From: an uncultured virus (IMG/VR IMGVR_UViG_3300020215_000003)
Taxonomy: Duplodnaviria; Heunggongvirae; Uroviricota; Caudoviricetes
IMG/VR virus record: IMGVR_UViG_3300020215_000003
Length of the DNA stretch: 64,000 nt
Reading direction: 5' to 3' (one strand)
The notes below the pieces were generated by a model. It had not been told where the DNA came from. It was given only the letters and a program-made list of their open reading frames with translations, and made no database searches. Below are positions 35,675 through 44,833 of this stretch, one piece after another. Numbering within the stretch: position 1 is the stretch's first letter; every line of letters starts with the position of its first letter. The translations under genes and the position numbers were made by a program.

Positions 35675-35962
35675 ATGGACATGGAAGAATCACGCCTGAC
35701 GCACCTGCGTCTCCGTCAAGCGATCTTGGCTGAGATGCAGGGCGCGTCCGGCGAAATCAAGAAGGTGCTGGATGAGCGAATCGCAAGCCTCAGCGCCGCC
35801 TTCAACCTCGACGCCAAGCGAGCCGAACTTGCTCGAATCAGCGAAGGCGGACAAGGTGGCCCTGGCGATGCTGCTGCAACGGGGGCAGCAGGAGCAGGAC
35901 ACGGACAAACTGGTGCTGGACAGCAACAAGCGGTGGCGGGAGAACCACCACCGGCTGTTTGA
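35675..35962 (+). CDS. Hypothetical protein overlapping the next gene
   Basis: Helical N-terminal half; 191-nt out-of-frame overlap. Confidence 0.45.
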   Translation: MDMEESRLTHLRLRQAILAEMQGASGEIKKVLDERIASLSAAFNLDAKRAELARISEGGQGGPGDAAATGAAGAGHGQTGAGQQQAVAGEPPPAV

Positions 35963-36266
35963 GGCACGCATGGAGAAGTTCGGCGCTAAGGGCGCTGGCA
36001 CGGGGAGCGAGGACGAAATGGGGCGGAACATCCTCATTGATTCCCCGACAACGGAGAACCACTACCACCAGCCACCGCCATCCGTGCCAGCACCGTCATC
36101 CGGCGTGGCGGGCCTGCTGACGAAGGCGGCTCTGACTGCGGCGCTTGTCGGTGGTGGCGGTGGCGTGGGCTACCTGCTGAACAACTGGCTCAAGCCATCA
36201 ACGAGCACGACGATCGAGAACACGAACGGCTTCCTGCTGAAGCTGTTGCCCAGCGAGAAGAAGTGA
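35772..36266 (+). CDS. C-terminally membrane-anchored protein
   Basis: AAGGTG upstream; hydrophobic AALTAALVGGGGGVGYLL. Confidence 0.65.
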   Translation: MSESQASAPPSTSTPSEPNLLESAKADKVALAMLLQRGQQEQDTDKLVLDSNKRWRENHHRLFEARMEKFGAKGAGTGSEDEMGRNILIDSPTTENHYHQPPPSVPAPSSGVAGLLTKAALTAALVGGGGGVGYLLNNWLKPSTSTTIENTNGFLLKLLPSEKK

Positions 36267-36272
36267 GAACCA

Positions 36273-36737
36273 GTGAGGCGACTGACCATCATCCTCTGCC
36301 TGTTCGCGTCTGGTTGTGGTCGCACCGACCCAGGATGGAGCGATGCCGAATGGGATCGCATCCACGCACAGAACGCCGAGCGGCGCAAGAAGGCCGCCGA
36401 GGATAGCGCGCGTCGGCTTGTGGAGCAAAAAGGCTATGGCGAGACGATGCGCAAACTTGCGGCACTGCCTCCGCCGGATGATTTCCAGATAGGCGACAGG
36501 GTTGACATCAACGCCTTTTACGAAGTTCGCTGCGCCACCGTCCTGGCGATTGCAGATGGCCTCTACACGGTGCGATACGACCGCCTAGTTGACAACCGCT
36601 ATCAGACGTTTACGCACCAATTTGTTCGCCGCGAACTGTCTCATGAACGGCGAGACGTATCGGTGCCTTCGCTTGACGGGAAGCGTTGGGAAACGGTTGC
36701 GGTGTACGTCAAGAATCTTCCGCCGGAGAAGCAATGA
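36273..36737 (+). CDS. Putative lipoprotein
   Basis: MRRLTIILCLFASG-C lipobox; FQIGDRV SH3-like motif. Confidence 0.7.
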   Translation: MRRLTIILCLFASGCGRTDPGWSDAEWDRIHAQNAERRKKAAEDSARRLVEQKGYGETMRKLAALPPPDDFQIGDRVDINAFYEVRCATVLAIADGLYTVRYDRLVDNRYQTFTHQFVRRELSHERRDVSVPSLDGKRWETVAVYVKNLPPEKQ

Positions 36738-36895
36738 ACCCGTCCGAGATCACGCGCCAGGACGAGTGCACGACGATGTACACCGCCGACGCCATTCGGG
36801 CGGATGAGTATTGGGGCGACGTGACTCCTGTGGTTCGGGAGAGGCCGCAGGAGGACGCCAGCGCTGGAGAGAAGGCCGGCGCTGGCTTTTGAACC

Positions 36896-37180
36896 ATGTA
36901 CACGACGCTCATAGTCCTGGTGACGCTGGCTGACGTGGCGATGTTCCCTTCGGAGGACATCTGCCGCAAGCAGTACGAACTCGCCGGCACATACCTGCGC
37001 GAGCGCGAGGCGGACCGGGATATGTGGGGCGGGTGGCAGCGTCACTAAGAGGTGCGTATCGCCCGTTTGAGGCATCAGGTGTGGTTCGCCGCGTGGTGGG
37101 TGACATGGAAGGACGCGACCTGGGACGACCGCATGCGCTGGGCAGTGAGGTTCCGGGAGATCCAGAGGGAACTCGAATGA
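36896..37180 (+). pseudogene. Trp-rich small gene interrupted by an in-frame TAA at 37046
   Basis: Reading frame continues after the stop to a TGA that overlaps the next ATG. Confidence 0.5.
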
Positions 37181-37617
37181 AACGCCGCTACCACCTCCTC
37201 GCCGCCGTCGCCGTCGCGGCGCTGATCTTCTGCCTCAACCTCCTGGTGAACGGCCAGACGCGCCTTGAGGAGACGAAGCCTTCAGGCGACATCACGGGCT
37301 ACTACTCGTGCAAGGGCATCGAAACCGGGGGCAAGCAGTACAGCGGGGTCTGCGTCATCTACCGGCGCGGGGAAGTCTACCTCGTGACCTGGACCACCTC
37401 GGGAGGCTCGTTCTCCGGCGTTGGTATTCGGGTCGGCGACACGCTTTCGGTGGGCTGGTCGGCTCCTGTCGAGGGGAAGGTACTGAAGGGCGTCAACCAG
37501 TACAAGCTCGACGGCAAGACCCTGAACGGACGCTGGGCGACGGCTCCCGGAAACGGGCAAGTGCAAACCGAGACGTTGGTGTGGCTCAAGGATCTCGACA
37601 AGGAAGAGGACGAGTGA
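37177..37617 (+). CDS. Secreted small beta-rich protein
   Basis: Signal peptide, then ITGYY..KG...G.QYSG...Y.VTW...GVG...LNGRW. Confidence 0.7.
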   Translation: MKRRYHLLAAVAVAALIFCLNLLVNGQTRLEETKPSGDITGYYSCKGIETGGKQYSGVCVIYRRGEVYLVTWTTSGGSFSGVGIRVGDTLSVGWSAPVEGKVLKGVNQYKLDGKTLNGRWATAPGNGQVQTETLVWLKDLDKEEDE

Positions 37618-37685
37618 AACTCCTTCTGTTGTCACTGGGGGGGAGAGCCCCGGGGAAGTCTTAGGACCAACCGGGGTGTTTCACC

Positions 37686-38183
37686 ATGCCGTCGTCACCA
37701 GAAGCCAAGAAAGCCCGCAAGGACCTGCGCAAGGGCCTAAAGGACGTATTCGACGGCCGGGACACGGAAGTAGATGTCGTCGAGCTGGCCCGGGCCCTGT
37801 GGCGCAAAGCCGGGGGCATGGACCAACTGGCAAGCCGGCTCTGGGAGGCATACGACTCGTCCGACCCCAAGAGCCAGTATGCCCAGCGCATGCTGAGCAT
37901 GTGCATGACGCTATGGACCACTGCGACTCCCAATGAAGAGGAGCGGAGCCGGTTCAAGAATCTGTCGGACGCGGAGTTGGAGCAGACGATCAAGGAAGCC
38001 ATGCCCACGGAATCGGAAGTGGTCAAGGCACTGGAAGCCAAGGTAGCCGTCCTCGAAAAGCTCGTGGAGGGCTACCGGCAACTGTACGGCGAACTAGATG
38101 CTCGACACGGTACTGACATGCCCGGAAGTGGACACGGCGAAGCTGAAGGCTTTGCTGGCGGAGAAAGCCTCCCGCCGGCTTGA
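37686..38183 (+). CDS. Putative terminase small subunit
   Basis: Helical 165 aa with NLSDAELE; overlaps the start of the large subunit. Confidence 0.55.
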   Translation: MPSSPEAKKARKDLRKGLKDVFDGRDTEVDVVELARALWRKAGGMDQLASRLWEAYDSSDPKSQYAQRMLSMCMTLWTTATPNEEERSRFKNLSDAELEQTIKEAMPTESEVVKALEAKVAVLEKLVEGYRQLYGELDARHGTDMPGSGHGEAEGFAGGESLPPA

Positions 38184-39705
38184 AGCCCTCAACCTCTACG
38201 AGCCCACACCCCTCCAGGCGCCGTTTCACCACTGCACCGCCGCCGAAAAAATCATTCGGGGCGGCAACCGCAGCGGGAAATCGGTCGCTTCCGCCGTGGA
38301 GTGCGCGCGCTGCGTCACGAACCAAGATCCCTTCAACAAGTACCCCAAGGAAGGCATCTGCTACGTCGTCGGCAAACAGGGACGCGAAGTCGGCCAGGTG
38401 TTGTGGCGCATGCTCGGTAGAGCAGGAGCATTCAAGATCATCCGCGACAAGGTGACGGGTCTGTGGCGCTCCTACCGGCCGTTCGACGAGTCCGATCTGG
38501 AAAGAGCCAAGGAAGCGCGTCCGTCCCCTCCCTTGATCCCGCCGCGGCTCATCTCGGAAATCGTCTGGGAGAACAAGAAAGAGAATCTGCCCAAGATCGT
38601 GCGACTCGTGACAGGGTGGGAGATTCACTTCTTCTCAGGGGAAGCGGCTCCTCCGCAGGGCACGACGGTTGACTTTGCCTGGTTCGACGAGGAAATCGAG
38701 CATAAGGCTTGGTACACGGAAGTCAGCGCGCGTCTGATCGACCGCAACGGCATCTTCCAGTGGTCCGCCACTCCTCAAGCCGGCACCGAGCAGCTCTATG
38801 AATTGCACTGCCGTGCCGAGGAGCAGAAGTTCCAGGCTGAGAAAACCATCGAGGAGTTCGAGCTGTCCTTCGAGGACAACCCTCACCTCACCAAGAAACA
38901 GAAAGACCTGTTCAAGGAGAAGATGTCGGAGGACGAGCGTTTGGTGCGCGTGCATGGTCAATTCGCCATGCTCACTTCCATCGTCTATCCCGAGTTCAAA
39001 GCCGACGTCCACGAGGTCGAATACTTCGACATCCCCGACACCTGGACGCGCTACGTCTCCATCGACCCCGGAAGGCAAATCTGCGCCGCGATGTTCCTGG
39101 CCGTGCCTCCCCCCGACAAGGGGGACTACGCCTACGGCTACGACGAGCTCTACATCCCCAACTGCGATGCGGAGCAGTTCGGCGAGCGCATGCGGGAGAA
39201 GTGCGGGGGGCAGACATTCCAAGCGTTCCTCATCGACCATCAGGAAGGCCGCAAGGTTGAAGCGGGATCGGGTCTGTCGATCGAGGAGCAGTATTCCCGC
39301 GCCCTACGGAAGCGCAAGATCGCCTCGGCGCTGACGGGAAGCATGTTCCTTCACGGAGACTCGAACAAACAAGCCGGTGTGGAGGCGTGCAGGTTGTGGC
39401 TGAGGCAGAGAGAAGAAGATGCCGAGCCGAAGCTGAGGATCATCAAGGGGCGGATGCCAAACTTCGTCATGGAGATCAAGCGCTATCGCTTCAAGCGTCT
39501 CCAGACGGTGAATGGAGCGATTGTCTCCGATGAGACCGATGACCGCGGGCGCTGCCATCTGATGCACTGCTTCAGATACCTCGTGCAGTACAACCCGCGC
39601 TATGTGAAGCCTCAGCCCAAAAGGGACAAGAACTACGCGGTGCTGGCGATGGAGCGGAAGCGCAAGAAGAAGGACCAGTACGTTCGGTTAGGACCAGGAG
39701 CTTAG
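38098..39705 (+). CDS. terL: Terminase large subunit
   Basis: Q..FH, GGNRSGKS (Walker A), FAWFDEE (Walker B), SATP, DNPHL, SIDPG and HLM..FRY. Confidence 0.95.
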   Translation: MLDTVLTCPEVDTAKLKALLAEKASRRLEALNLYEPTPLQAPFHHCTAAEKIIRGGNRSGKSVASAVECARCVTNQDPFNKYPKEGICYVVGKQGREVGQVLWRMLGRAGAFKIIRDKVTGLWRSYRPFDESDLERAKEARPSPPLIPPRLISEIVWENKKENLPKIVRLVTGWEIHFFSGEAAPPQGTTVDFAWFDEEIEHKAWYTEVSARLIDRNGIFQWSATPQAGTEQLYELHCRAEEQKFQAEKTIEEFELSFEDNPHLTKKQKDLFKEKMSEDERLVRVHGQFAMLTSIVYPEFKADVHEVEYFDIPDTWTRYVSIDPGRQICAAMFLAVPPPDKGDYAYGYDELYIPNCDAEQFGERMREKCGGQTFQAFLIDHQEGRKVEAGSGLSIEEQYSRALRKRKIASALTGSMFLHGDSNKQAGVEACRLWLRQREEDAEPKLRIIKGRMPNFVMEIKRYRFKRLQTVNGAIVSDETDDRGRCHLMHCFRYLVQYNPRYVKPQPKRDKNYAVLAMERKRKKKDQYVRLGPGA

Positions 39706-39709
39706 CCCC

Positions 39710-40120
39710 ATGATGCAAAAGACGTTCAACGGCCTCGGGATTGTGGATGTGGCGGTGAAGGCGAACGAAGCCTACGCGATTGCCACGGATGGAGAGCCGA
39801 CCTACGAAGAGGACCGCTGGGAAGCGGTTGCGGCCAAGGCGATCTGGCTGATGGACCCGCGCGAAGGTCGAGAGGTGGAAGTCTCAGCCAAGGACGCCGC
39901 GGCGGCGCTGTACCAGTCGTACATGGGTGCGCCCTCGGAGGACTATGCACTGTTCTTTCAGCAGCCCAAGCCAGTGAAGGTGGCTTGGGAGGCGGTGGCG
40001 CGATTCCTGTTCGACCTGCTTACGTCGGACGTTCCGACCTCAGTGACTTACGAGCTGGTCCGCCCCTGGGTGGAATCGCAATTAGGAGATCTTCATGAGT
40101 TGGAAAATGCCTCACGTTGA
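39710..40120 (+). CDS. Hypothetical protein
   Basis: AGGAG RBS. Confidence 0.6.
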   Translation: MMQKTFNGLGIVDVAVKANEAYAIATDGEPTYEEDRWEAVAAKAIWLMDPREGREVEVSAKDAAAALYQSYMGAPSEDYALFFQQPKPVKVAWEAVARFLFDLLTSDVPTSVTYELVRPWVESQLGDLHELENASR

Positions 40121-40439
40121 GCGCGGCACGACCGTTCGCTGGCACGACGGTGGTGATCTTGGCGAGCAGTGGGTGCCGGCCATCGTGACCAAGGTCAACG
40201 ACGTCTCTGGCGAGCACGCGCGGCATGTGTGTCTCGCGGTGATCTATGCGGACAACATGTACTTCGTGGTCAAGGACGGCGTGCATCATCACGACGATCC
40301 GACCACTACGGACGCTGAAAAAACGCACGCGGGAACCTGGACTTACACCGACGAGCACAAGCGCATCGGCGAACTCCAGGCGCGTGTGGCGGCTCTGGAA
40401 GTGTTGCTCGAACCGGCCCCCAAGAAAACTGAGAAATGA
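40095..40439 (+). CDS. Hypothetical protein
   Basis: PAIVTKV...GVHH.DDP...GTW pattern; coupled to the portal gene. Confidence 0.65.
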   Translation: MSWKMPHVERGTTVRWHDGGDLGEQWVPAIVTKVNDVSGEHARHVCLAVIYADNMYFVVKDGVHHHDDPTTTDAEKTHAGTWTYTDEHKRIGELQARVAALEVLLEPAPKKTEK

Positions 40440-42892
40440 CCGAAACCCCATACAAGGCGATCAAAGAGCACTGGCTCAAGAAGATCCGGCTGGGCTTGGA
40501 TCACAAGAAGGATTTCCAGAAGGACGCCGACGAAGGAATGAAGTTCTTCAACGGCCCTTACGACTTCCTTTACGATCTCAAGCGCTCCGAGATGAAGGGG
40601 GATTTCGTCTACGCCGGCCCCGAAGGGATGCCGCGCCCAAGATTTTGTATGACCCACAACAAGGTCGCCGAAGCGATCCAGTTGTTCGGGCCGTACCTGT
40701 ATCACACGAACCCCGTCAGAACGATCACTCCTCGTCAGCTATTCATGCCGAGCGTCGAGTTGTTCGGAGATCCGAACGACCCGATGGTGCAGGCGCAGCA
40801 CGCGATGACGGTGCAGCAAGTAGTGGTGGGAAAGCACACGGACCAGACGCGCGCTGATCTGATGCTGGCCTACCAGAACTACACCCCTGTCGCCACGGAC
40901 CTGAAGTCGAACGCACGCCGGACCATCGACGAGGCGTTCATCAAGGGCATGGGTCTGTTGCGGACGCAGGTCTACCAACCCCCGGGAACTCCGTGGAAGA
41001 TGGTCGCCAGTTTCCACGAGTCGGTGGACAACTATGTCATGGACCCGGACGTGGAGAACCGGGACGACTGCAAGTGGACCGCGCTGTGGTGCCTCCAACC
41101 CGCATGGCAGGTCGAGGAAGAATACGGCCTGCCTCCGGGGTCACTGAGGGGCAAAGGCTCAGCCGAGAGCTACGACGAGAAGGCTACTCAGGAGACCAAA
41201 CCTCCAGCGCATTCGGATAAGCAGAACGGCCGCACCAACGACCTGATCGGCTACTGGAAGGTGTGGTCGAAGATGGGCCTTGGGGGGAAACTGTCCGGCA
41301 TCGATCCGTCGGTGTACGAGGTCGATGTGCATGGCAACTACGTGTTCCTGGCGATCTGCGAGAAGTGCGACTACCCGCTCAACATCCCCCCGGAATTGTG
41401 GGCGGACCCGATGCAGGTGGGCGAGCGAGTGCAGTGGGAGACGCCTTATTGGGCGGACGACGCCTGGCCCTGCACACCGTTCATCTTCCATGAAGTGCCG
41501 CGCAAGATCTGGCCCATGAGCCACTTCAAGCCCGCCATGGGAGAGCTGAAGTTCCTCAACTGGGTGTACTCGTTCCTGGCCTCGAAGGTGGGAACAGCTT
41601 GTCGGGACCTGATCGTCTGCGCCAAGAGAGCCTCGGAGGAGATCAAGCGGGCGATTGTGAGCGGGACGGACTACGAGCTGATCGAGATTGAAGCGTCCAC
41701 CGGAAAGATCGGTGAGATCGTCGAGTTCCTTCAGCATCCTCCGTTTCATGGCGACATCCTGAAGGTCGTCATGATGGTCAACGAAGCCTTCGAGAGGCGG
41801 GTGGGGCTCACGGAGCTGATGTACGGCTCAACCCCGGTGCAGATGCGGTCTGCGGAAGAGGCCGCGGTCAAGGCGAACCAACTTCGGGTGCGGCCGGATG
41901 ATTTGGCGAACAAGGTCGAAGATGCGATGACCGATGTGGCGCGCCGGGAAGCGCTGGCGGCGCGGTGGAACCTGGAACCGCAGGACGTGGAGCCGATCTT
42001 GGGTCCGGTTGGGGCACAACTCTGGGGGCAGTTCGTGACCCCGACCGACCCGAGCATGCTTCTGCATCAACTGGAATACCGCATCGAAGCGGGTTCAGCC
42101 CGGAAGCCGAACAAGGACAAGCAAGTCGGGGACGCGACCGCGGCGATGCAGAACGTGTTCCAGCCGCTGTTCCAGTATTCGATGCAGTCCGGGGACGTGG
42201 GCCCGACCAACGCAGTCTTGGAGATGTGGGCCAAGGCCAATGACATCGAGCCTGAGAAGCTGATGCTCCAGCCCCCGATGATGCCACCAGTCGATCCGGC
42301 AACGGGGATGCCGATGGCGCCCACGCCCGACCCGATGGCTCAACCGATGCCTGCCGAACCAATGATGCAGGAGCCGGCGCTGCCAGCATTGCCCGAGTTG
42401 CCGCCTGTTCCTCCGACCCCGCCGGTGACGGTGAACATCAACGTGGTGGGTCAGCCGCAGCAGTCGTTCAACGTGACGACTCCGCAGCAGACGATCAACG
42501 TCCAGTCCCCACCGCAGACGGTGAATGTGGGGATGCCCACCGTCACCGTGCCCCCAGCGCAGGTGACGGTGCAGCCAGCGGTGCCGAACATCAACGTCCA
42601 GCCAGCGAATCCGGCGATCAACGTGGCTGCATCTCCGCCGAACATCAACGTGCAGCCGCCGCCGATCCAGATTCCTCCCGCGCCTCCCGCGGTGGTGAAC
42701 GTGCAGACGCCGCCGCCGATCGTGAACGTAGCCCCACCGCCGGCTCCGGTGGTGAACGTGCAGGTGCCCGAACGTCAGCCGGAAGAGACGGAGTACGAGG
42801 TCGTGCGGGATGGAGCCAACGACGTCATGGGCATCAAGAAGGTGCCAAAGAAGAAACCTGACGAGGACAAGCCCAAGAGGAAGGGTAAGTAG
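40436..42892 (+). CDS. Portal protein with a long Pro/Val/Asn-rich C-terminal extension
   Basis: 818 aa downstream of TerL; YVMDPD, GLTELMYG...RSAEEA and IEAGS.RKPN as in podovirus-type portals. Confidence 0.8.
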   Translation: MTETPYKAIKEHWLKKIRLGLDHKKDFQKDADEGMKFFNGPYDFLYDLKRSEMKGDFVYAGPEGMPRPRFCMTHNKVAEAIQLFGPYLYHTNPVRTITPRQLFMPSVELFGDPNDPMVQAQHAMTVQQVVVGKHTDQTRADLMLAYQNYTPVATDLKSNARRTIDEAFIKGMGLLRTQVYQPPGTPWKMVASFHESVDNYVMDPDVENRDDCKWTALWCLQPAWQVEEEYGLPPGSLRGKGSAESYDEKATQETKPPAHSDKQNGRTNDLIGYWKVWSKMGLGGKLSGIDPSVYEVDVHGNYVFLAICEKCDYPLNIPPELWADPMQVGERVQWETPYWADDAWPCTPFIFHEVPRKIWPMSHFKPAMGELKFLNWVYSFLASKVGTACRDLIVCAKRASEEIKRAIVSGTDYELIEIEASTGKIGEIVEFLQHPPFHGDILKVVMMVNEAFERRVGLTELMYGSTPVQMRSAEEAAVKANQLRVRPDDLANKVEDAMTDVARREALAARWNLEPQDVEPILGPVGAQLWGQFVTPTDPSMLLHQLEYRIEAGSARKPNKDKQVGDATAAMQNVFQPLFQYSMQSGDVGPTNAVLEMWAKANDIEPEKLMLQPPMMPPVDPATGMPMAPTPDPMAQPMPAEPMMQEPALPALPELPPVPPTPPVTVNINVVGQPQQSFNVTTPQQTINVQSPPQTVNVGMPTVTVPPAQVTVQPAVPNINVQPANPAINVAASPPNINVQPPPIQIPPAPPAVVNVQTPPPIVNVAPPPAPVVNVQVPERQPEETEYEVVRDGANDVMGIKKVPKKKPDEDKPKRKGK

Positions 42893-43503
42893 TGGCCGGC
42901 ATCTGCACAGCTTCGACGCGCGATTCCGGCGGCTCGTGTGAGCACCTCACGCTCACCGTGTCGCTGGATGGGGATTCGTTCACGTTCAAAGCCGGCCACC
43001 ACGACCCCGCTCCGCTGACGAGCGACGAAAAGCTCGACCTCTTGAGGAAGCTCGCTCGCTGGCACAAAAGCAAAGGCGCAGACCTGGCGGCGTTTCTGGG
43101 GCGGGTGCTACTCGGCGAGGAGGCGACGAACGTGCAACAGCAAGACCTGCTCACGCGCGATGTGACCAAAACCAACATCGGCACGGCTTACGTCAACGTT
43201 CCTCCGGGGGCCAACGGCGAACGAGTCCTGATCGACTTCACCGGATGCACTCAGTACCGCTTGCGGCTGTGGGCTAACTTCGCCGGCACCGGCCCCTGGC
43301 AGGTGCGCATCGTGCGCGACAGCGACAACGCCGTGCTTTATGAATCTCCGTCTCTGACGCAGAGCGGCGAGCGGGAGCTGGACAGCGGCTGGCAGAATCT
43401 TCCGGCCGCCGCGAGCGGCGCTATCGAGGTGAGGTTGCAGGCAAAATCAACGACGGCCGCCGATGACCCGATCTTCCATCGCTGCACGCTTGGAAAGAAG
43501 TAA
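42892..43503 (+). CDS. Putative virion protein
   Basis: Coupled to the portal gene; beta-rich C-terminal half. Confidence 0.6.
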   Translation: MAGICTASTRDSGGSCEHLTLTVSLDGDSFTFKAGHHDPAPLTSDEKLDLLRKLARWHKSKGADLAAFLGRVLLGEEATNVQQQDLLTRDVTKTNIGTAYVNVPPGANGERVLIDFTGCTQYRLRLWANFAGTGPWQVRIVRDSDNAVLYESPSLTQSGERELDSGWQNLPAAASGAIEVRLQAKSTTAADDPIFHRCTLGKK

Positions 43504-43519
43504 ATGGGGGGCGATTTTC

Positions 43520-43699
43520 ATGAACCGTCGCAGTTTCTTCAGGCGCGCTATGGGCTGCCTCGCTGGCTTGGCCGGCTTGGCATCCAAAAGCGAAGCTCTG
43601 CATGTGGCTGGCTGCATTAAGAAGGTTGGCTTTGTCTTTGGCAATGTAGTCAAAGATGGGTCTGGTTTAACGGTATCGCTTTCGAGCTTGGCGAAGTAA
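43520..43699 (+). CDS. 59-aa peptide with a twin-arginine (Tat) signal
   Basis: MNRRSFFRRAMGCLAGLAGLA...; C-terminal half matches a segment of the next gene. Confidence 0.6.
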   Translation: MNRRSFFRRAMGCLAGLAGLASKSEALHVAGCIKKVGFVFGNVVKDGSGLTVSLSSLAK

Positions 43700-44833
43700 A
43701 TGGCCCTGCAAACCATCGCTGGACGCGGAGCGTACTTGCCACGGCACTTGTACATCTCTCGCGGTCCGTTCCTCAATTCGGCCGTCATCGACGCTACGGG
43801 CGAGAAGATCGCCTACATCGGTCGGGTCTGGAACAAGGACGGCAGCTCCAAGAACATCAACAAGGTCGGCTTTCTATTCGGCTCCGTCACCAAGGCCGGC
43901 GGATCTGGCCTGACCGTCTCGCTCCAGGACGTGAGCCTGACTTCCGGTCCGGTCTTTCAGCCAGACGAGACCCAGGATCAAACGGTGGCGATTGCCAACG
44001 GCGATGCGGGGTTCACGTCGAATGCGTGGTATCAGACCGGGGCGCTGTCGGCGACGCGCACGGTATCGCCTGGCGACCTGTTGGCGGTGGTCATCGAATA
44101 CGACGGGTCCGGTCGGCTGGGAGCGGATGCGGTCAATGTCCGCTGCCTTGCTCAAGCGGACTCTTCTGGCTTCAACATGCCTGGCGTGGTGCTCAAGTCT
44201 GGCGGGTCTTGGAGCGACACCACTGACATCCCGAACGTCATCCTGGAGTTCGACGACGGCACCTTCGGCACGCTTGACGGTGGATTCCCGTTGTCGGCAA
44301 CCAGCAGCGCAGCGTTCAAACAGGACACGGGCACGGCGGACGAGTACGCGATGGAGTTCAGCGTACCGTTCCCTTGCAAGGCGGATGGTTGCTGGCTGAC
44401 CCACGCCTTGAGCGCCAACACGTCGAACTACGAAATCGTGCTCTATGAGGGCACGACCGTCAAGACAACGGTGACGGTGGACGCCAACGCTGTGAAGGCC
44501 GCAGGAGACTCGCCGCGTTTCGCGTGGTTCGCGTTCTCCTCGCAAATCTCGCTTACAGCGAACACGACCTACTATCTGGCGGTCAAACCGACGCAGACCA
44601 CCAGCACAGTGACGCTCCATTACTTCGACGTTGCAGCGGCCAATCACTTCCAGGCTCACGACGGCGGGACAGCGTTCAGGTTCGCAACTCGCCTGGATGA
44701 AGGCGCATGGGCAGCGGCGACGACGACTCGGCGGCCGTACATGGGGATTCGGCTGTGTGCGTTTGATGACGGGGTTGGCGGCGGGAGTGGCGGCGGCCTG
44801 AAGATTGTTGGCTGCGGGGGGTTGGCAGGATGA
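43700..44833 (+). CDS. Putative virion beta-sandwich/receptor-binding protein
   Basis: 377 aa, T/G/A/S-rich, two apparent beta domains, Gly-rich C-terminus. Confidence 0.65.
   Translation: MALQTIAGRGAYLPRHLYISRGPFLNSAVIDATGEKIAYIGRVWNKDGSSKNINKVGFLFGSVTKAGGSGLTVSLQDVSLTSGPVFQPDETQDQTVAIANGDAGFTSNAWYQTGALSATRTVSPGDLLAVVIEYDGSGRLGADAVNVRCLAQADSSGFNMPGVVLKSGGSWSDTTDIPNVILEFDDGTFGTLDGGFPLSATSSAAFKQDTGTADEYAMEFSVPFPCKADGCWLTHALSANTSNYEIVLYEGTTVKTTVTVDANAVKAAGDSPRFAWFAFSSQISLTANTTYYLAVKPTQTTSTVTLHYFDVAAANHFQAHDGGTAFRFATRLDEGAWAAATTTRRPYMGIRLCAFDDGVGGGSGGGLKIVGCGGLAG

Noticed and set aside
34176..37048. Genome-wide stop-codon reassignment
   Set aside because: TGA, TAA and TAG all end well-defined genes, including many ATGA/GTGA overlaps, and the two internal stops are different codons.
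43614..43925. Diversity-generating retroelement template/variable repeat pair
   Set aside because: Mismatches between the two copies are not restricted to adenines, there is a 3-nt indel, and no reverse transcriptase motif was found in the window.
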